From: a virus
IMG/VR virus record: IMGVR_UViG_3300042756_000237
DNA: 44,850 nucleotides
Direction: 5' to 3' (one strand)
Shown here: in pieces, positions 41,003 through 44,850 of the stretch
How positions within the stretch are numbered: position 1 is the stretch's first letter
Layout: every line of letters begins with the position of its first letter
The notes under the pieces: model-generated
The model's database searches: none
What the model saw: the letters and a program-made list of their open reading frames with translations, nothing else
Told to the model about the DNA's origin: nothing
Translations under genes and position numbers: made by a program

Positions 41003-44000
41003 ATGTCAATATTAATTCAGCCGGGCAGTATAATTGTAACCGATACTTTTGGAGATACATTCACCAAGTATAAAGGTAATGCCGGAAGTGTCGTTACTTT
41101 CAAATGCACTATTGAAGAAAGTATCGATGTGCAATCAAGCGATTTGCAGCCTATTTACTTGAATAAAGCAGACAAGCGATTGACGTTTCAGAGCTACGGG
41201 TTGATGAATGGATTTATCGCAGGACAAAACGTGGATATTACACTTTATAAGTCGGGAGGCGGGTCAGTAACTAGATCAGTAACTATTGTTTCGATTGATT
41301 ACAACACAAACAGCATCGTTCTTTCAAATATATTTGTTGCGGCAGCCGACAACAAGCCTATATATGACGGATCAAACCGATTTGTAATGATTGCAACCGA
41401 CCCACGGGAAGACTTATATTTGAACCTGAATTACACATTCGAAGCCTTATCACCAAAATACGATTTCAACGCGTCTGCCATTATGCCGGGTGATTACATT
41501 AATAAAACAACCGCGTTCCGAGAATCAGTTATAGATCGAAATTTTACAAGGTACTTCGCCAACACAAGCGGACTTGCCGTTGGGGACACGGTAACACTTG
41601 TTCAACAGGGAATGAAATCGGGCCATTACTTCGCCTCTATTGATGTTAAGCGCATAGCCGATGTAAGAAGTTATGTAAGAGCGTTTGAAGTCACTATTCT
41701 ATCATTCAATGTTTCGGCATTTCTCAAAGACCCAACAAACTTGAATTTCTACTTCGATTTGGAATGGTATTCCGATGCAGGGGCAGCCACCGAGCCAACG
41801 GTTACGCAATGGAACTTCAAGCCATGTGAATCAGGGTGGTACAATTTGGGCTACAGAACCGAATCACCCATTGCAACATTAGGCACAGGGATAGTTGATC
41901 CCGTATATTACGACACCGAAACAGAGCACACCGTTACAATTGATTCAACGAGTTCAAATTTATCATTTGGAGCTACTTATTGCCCGTCTGACCCGTTTTA
42001 TTTCCAAAACAAGTTTGTAACGCAGTCTCAGTTGTCAATGGTTATTTCATTAAATATTGCTTTGTCAGTCGGTACCTATCAGAGTGGAATTAACCCGGAC
42101 GGGGCGCAATGGGAAATTGAAATAGTTTCATTGGATTACACTTCAAACGTTCATACGATTGTATTCAAAATTAGGCCTGTTTCGTCAGCGTTTGGAACAT
42201 TCATTGAGAGCCGGACAACTTCAGATAGGGTATTCAATATTTGGTTTCAATCGGGCAACACAAATGTATTGGTATGGCAGGGAATAATGGAAAAATCACC
42301 GCTTCCTGTACATGAATTAACAACTTACAAATCGGATGATCCCGTGCCGGACGAAAAGGGATGGGCAACACATTTTATTGACAAGTTGGATGCCCCGATG
42401 TGGTATTCCGCAACATCCGAGCCTCTTGGAGCAGATAACCAAGGACATTTATGGGCAAGCGTTCAGGATAATATTTTGTCAAGATTCTATGTGTCGTTCG
42501 AAAAGGGGCTGAGATTTAGTAAAGTAACGCTCCAAATTGTTTGTGCGGAAGTAGCTGATCCGGATAACTATTTTGTTTTGGAAGAAAAGATTTTGCCGCT
42601 TGATCAGCAGGTGTTTATTCCGTCGGGAGCAGATGAAGGGATTACGCAATTCAACATAAGCCAATTGAAACAGGATGGTTTGCCAGCTAATTCAGGAATG
42701 AACCACATTCGAATCACAAGGTTCAATTCTGCGCCCGACACCGAAACAACATTTGGCGCAACAATCTACTATCCGTTTGTTGTCGATTGGAAGTATTGGA
42801 TAGCGCAAGCAAACGCATTTATTGAATTGTACCCAAATCAAAACAGAAATTATTACAATTTACATACAGACGATTATAAGTTGTGCTTGCGGATGTTTAT
42901 CGAAACCGATCAATACAACATCCAACACTTATCGCCGTTCTTCCGTATATTAGATATTGGGGAGCAATTTGTCGATCACCCCGTGCATGGTTGGGGAGGA
43001 GCAAATACAGGTTTCACAAAAATACAATTGTTTGATCTTGATGACGTTGAGAAGCCCAATTTGATTAAAGGCACGATAATGAAGGCGGTGATAACTGTTG
43101 AGGCAGGGGAATATATTAACCCTTTAATAGTTTGGGGTCAGGTCGCAATAGAACCATTCGAAGGATCGCCACTTTATCGATTAAGCAGCAATTACGCGCA
43201 CGACAATAGCCCGGCAAATCCATTGTTCCCAATTGACGGAGAGGATCGAATAGTAATTAATCCAGCCGTGGGAGGCGATGACATTTTTGGATCATTCACG
43301 TTTATGATCGATTGTTCCAAACTCGTTCAATCGAATCAAACAATTTATTTAAAATATTGGAACATTGGAACGAGTGAAGGCGGCAAGATTGAAGAAGTAA
43401 GGCTAAAATTTGACCTCAATCTTCTTAACGAGCCAACATTGCAATTTATCGTAGAGCAAGCGGCTGGAGAATGTTGTGAGATCATGGATGTGTTTGCAAG
43501 TCAAGATGACACAACAGGGTATAAAAACAATGTTACAAGCGCATGGCATCTATTACAAGGAGGAGGTGATGAAATCGAATTTAAGCTGTATAAAGACTGT
43601 GCTTTAGCTGAGTTTCAACCAACCAAAAAAACGTTTGTAAACGAGCCAAATGGACGATATGTTCAGTTCAATTGGCGAGACGTACTATTGTCGGGTGATG
43701 GAGAAGGGGTATATGAATTACGATTAATCTACACGCTCCCGATTTCAGGCGCAGAAGCCGAATACGTATGGGGAAAGTATAGATTGCAGCAATGGAGTAG
43801 GCAGAATGTTTCGGGATTAGTTTCAATAGTTGCTGTTTTAAACAGGCATCAATCAATCGAAGGAATGAATTTCACGGGAACAAAGATTTTGGACACCCTA
43901 AATGTGCCGGGCGTGTTTGGATCATTGAATCCAAAAACAGAGATAAAAAACAACATTCTAAGCACTAGACAAGTAGTTTCGGTTGTGAACGAGAATGTAA

Positions 44001-44248
44001 ACGAATACTTTTTTGAAGCAAATTCGGTCACAAAATGGTTTTCGCGTCGAATGTTCAAATTATTCTTCCTTTCGGCAACCGACCTATATTTTACCGATTA
44101 CAATTGGAAGCAACATGAATCATATATCTATTTCCCAGCCGTTGTAAATTCAGTTGATGAACCAGTTGGTTACAATAGAGCAAGCCGAAATATTACCATA
44201 AGGGCTAAATTTGGCGATCAGTTTGTAAACGAAAGAGCGTATATCTGA
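41003..44248 (+). CDS. Large tail/baseplate protein (host-recognition module)
   Basis: 1081-aa ORF between the tail protein and the fiber. Confidence 0.6.
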   Translation: MSILIQPGSIIVTDTFGDTFTKYKGNAGSVVTFKCTIEESIDVQSSDLQPIYLNKADKRLTFQSYGLMNGFIAGQNVDITLYKSGGGSVTRSVTIVSIDYNTNSIVLSNIFVAAADNKPIYDGSNRFVMIATDPREDLYLNLNYTFEALSPKYDFNASAIMPGDYINKTTAFRESVIDRNFTRYFANTSGLAVGDTVTLVQQGMKSGHYFASIDVKRIADVRSYVRAFEVTILSFNVSAFLKDPTNLNFYFDLEWYSDAGAATEPTVTQWNFKPCESGWYNLGYRTESPIATLGTGIVDPVYYDTETEHTVTIDSTSSNLSFGATYCPSDPFYFQNKFVTQSQLSMVISLNIALSVGTYQSGINPDGAQWEIEIVSLDYTSNVHTIVFKIRPVSSAFGTFIESRTTSDRVFNIWFQSGNTNVLVWQGIMEKSPLPVHELTTYKSDDPVPDEKGWATHFIDKLDAPMWYSATSEPLGADNQGHLWASVQDNILSRFYVSFEKGLRFSKVTLQIVCAEVADPDNYFVLEEKILPLDQQVFIPSGADEGITQFNISQLKQDGLPANSGMNHIRITRFNSAPDTETTFGATIYYPFVVDWKYWIAQANAFIELYPNQNRNYYNLHTDDYKLCLRMFIETDQYNIQHLSPFFRILDIGEQFVDHPVHGWGGANTGFTKIQLFDLDDVEKPNLIKGTIMKAVITVEAGEYINPLIVWGQVAIEPFEGSPLYRLSSNYAHDNSPANPLFPIDGEDRIVINPAVGGDDIFGSFTFMIDCSKLVQSNQTIYLKYWNIGTSEGGKIEEVRLKFDLNLLNEPTLQFIVEQAAGECCEIMDVFASQDDTTGYKNNVTSAWHLLQGGGDEIEFKLYKDCALAEFQPTKKTFVNEPNGRYVQFNWRDVLLSGDGEGVYELRLIYTLPISGAEAEYVWGKYRLQQWSRQNVSGLVSIVAVLNRHQSIEGMNFTGTKILDTLNVPGVFGSLNPKTEIKNNILSTRQVVSVVNENVNEYFFEANSVTKWFSRRMFKLFFLSATDLYFTDYNWKQHESYIYFPAVVNSVDEPVGYNRASRNITIRAKFGDQFVNERAYI

Positions 44249-44850
44249 TGGAAATAGGGCACATAGGTAAAGATTCATTTTCAGATTTTCCCCCCATTGG
44301 GAGCGAAAGATACATTTATATTGATAAGTTAAACGGAAATGAATACTACTGGAGGGATTCGATTAATGACTATGTTTTGAAGTCAGAAGGGGGTGCGCAG
44401 GTGAATGTTGACGTTTCAGGCAAAGTAGATGCAAACGCACCAATAACGGGCGCAACAAAAACAAAAGTAACTTACGATTCGAAAGGGCTTGTTACGGGAG
44501 GCGCGGATGCAACACAAGACGATATAAGTGATGGAACAACTTACAAACAATATTCTCAAACAGAAAAAACCAAATTATCAGGAATAGCCACAGGGGCAAC
44601 AGCTAATAGTTCAGATGGTGTTTTATTGGATCGCGACAATCACACAGGAACTCAAACAGCGAGTACAATTTCAGACTTCAATGCCGCCGCAACATCTGCC
44701 GCACCTGCCGAGACAACCACAAGCCTTGGAATATTAATTGATACAGCTGGATCAGCAACGCCAAACGACACCGACTACATTTTCACCGCCTTAACAAGTG
44801 GAGGCGTGATGAAGAAAATCACACAATTAGCGCAAAAAGCCTTCTTAAAA
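44248..44850 (+). CDS. Tail fiber protein, N-terminal part (continues through the junction to 583; 352 aa in total)
   Basis: Open to the window end. Contains the fiber-like motifs KVTYDSKGLVTGG and NHTGTQTASTISDF. The ATG overlaps the upstream stop (tgATG). Confidence 0.8.
   Translation, partial: MEIGHIGKDSFSDFPPIGSERYIYIDKLNGNEYYWRDSINDYVLKSEGGAQVNVDVSGKVDANAPITGATKTKVTYDSKGLVTGGADATQDDISDGTTYKQYSQTEKTKLSGIATGATANSSDGVLLDRDNHTGTQTASTISDFNAAATSAAPAETTTSLGILIDTAGSATPNDTDYIFTALTSGGVMKKITQLAQKAFLK
44724..44850. repeat. Second copy of the 127-bp terminal overlap
   Basis: Identical to 1..127. Confidence 0.95.

Noticed and set aside
1-44850. Stop-codon reassignment (TAG or TGA recoding, as in some Bacteroidota phages)
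   Set aside because: Under the standard code, long uninterrupted ORFs tile nearly the whole + strand, including the late genes. The only tRNA-like element has a Phe anticodon, not a suppressor anticodon.

Overview
This window appears to be a complete, circularly assembled dsDNA tailed-phage genome. Bases 1-127 are identical to 44724-44850, so the unique length is 44,723 bp, and a tail-fiber gene reads through that junction. Every convincing gene is on the + strand. I see no integrase or divergent repressor, which suggests a virulent, siphovirus-like phage, though this is inference.

The host is probably a member of the Bacteroidota. Many transcription units are preceded by the Bacteroidetes-type -7 box TAnnTTTG, often with TTTG about 22 bp upstream, and start codons lack Shine-Dalgarno sequences.

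Gene order:
- 2.9-10.5 kb: early small ORFs, including an ASCH-domain protein, a GH73-type endolysin and a truncated SNF2 N-lobe.
- 10.6-16.2 kb: a PD-(D/E)XK nuclease, an HD hydrolase and small ORFs.
- 16.3-19.9 kb: a methylation cassette with an SNF2-helicase::beta-class MTase fusion and a C5-MTase.
- 20.0-24.4 kb: a GIY-YIG protein, a replication initiator with internal iterons, an RHH protein, a T5orf172 protein and a DUF4494-like protein.
- 24.4-25.5 kb: a noncoding hub with a tRNA-Phe-like element, structured RNAs and a secreted-protein moron.
- 25.5-44.8 kb, wrapping to 2.3 kb: the late operon, with terS, terL, portal, scaffold, capsid, tail chaperones, tape measure, tail/baseplate proteins, fiber and holin-like membrane proteins.

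The most unusual content is noncoding. There are several self-contained promoter-to-terminator units too small to encode proteins. Two of them share sequence blocks, which suggests a phage sRNA family. A degenerate tRNA-like element sits in a roughly 380-nt structured transcript.

All functional calls come from motif recognition by eye. No database search was run.
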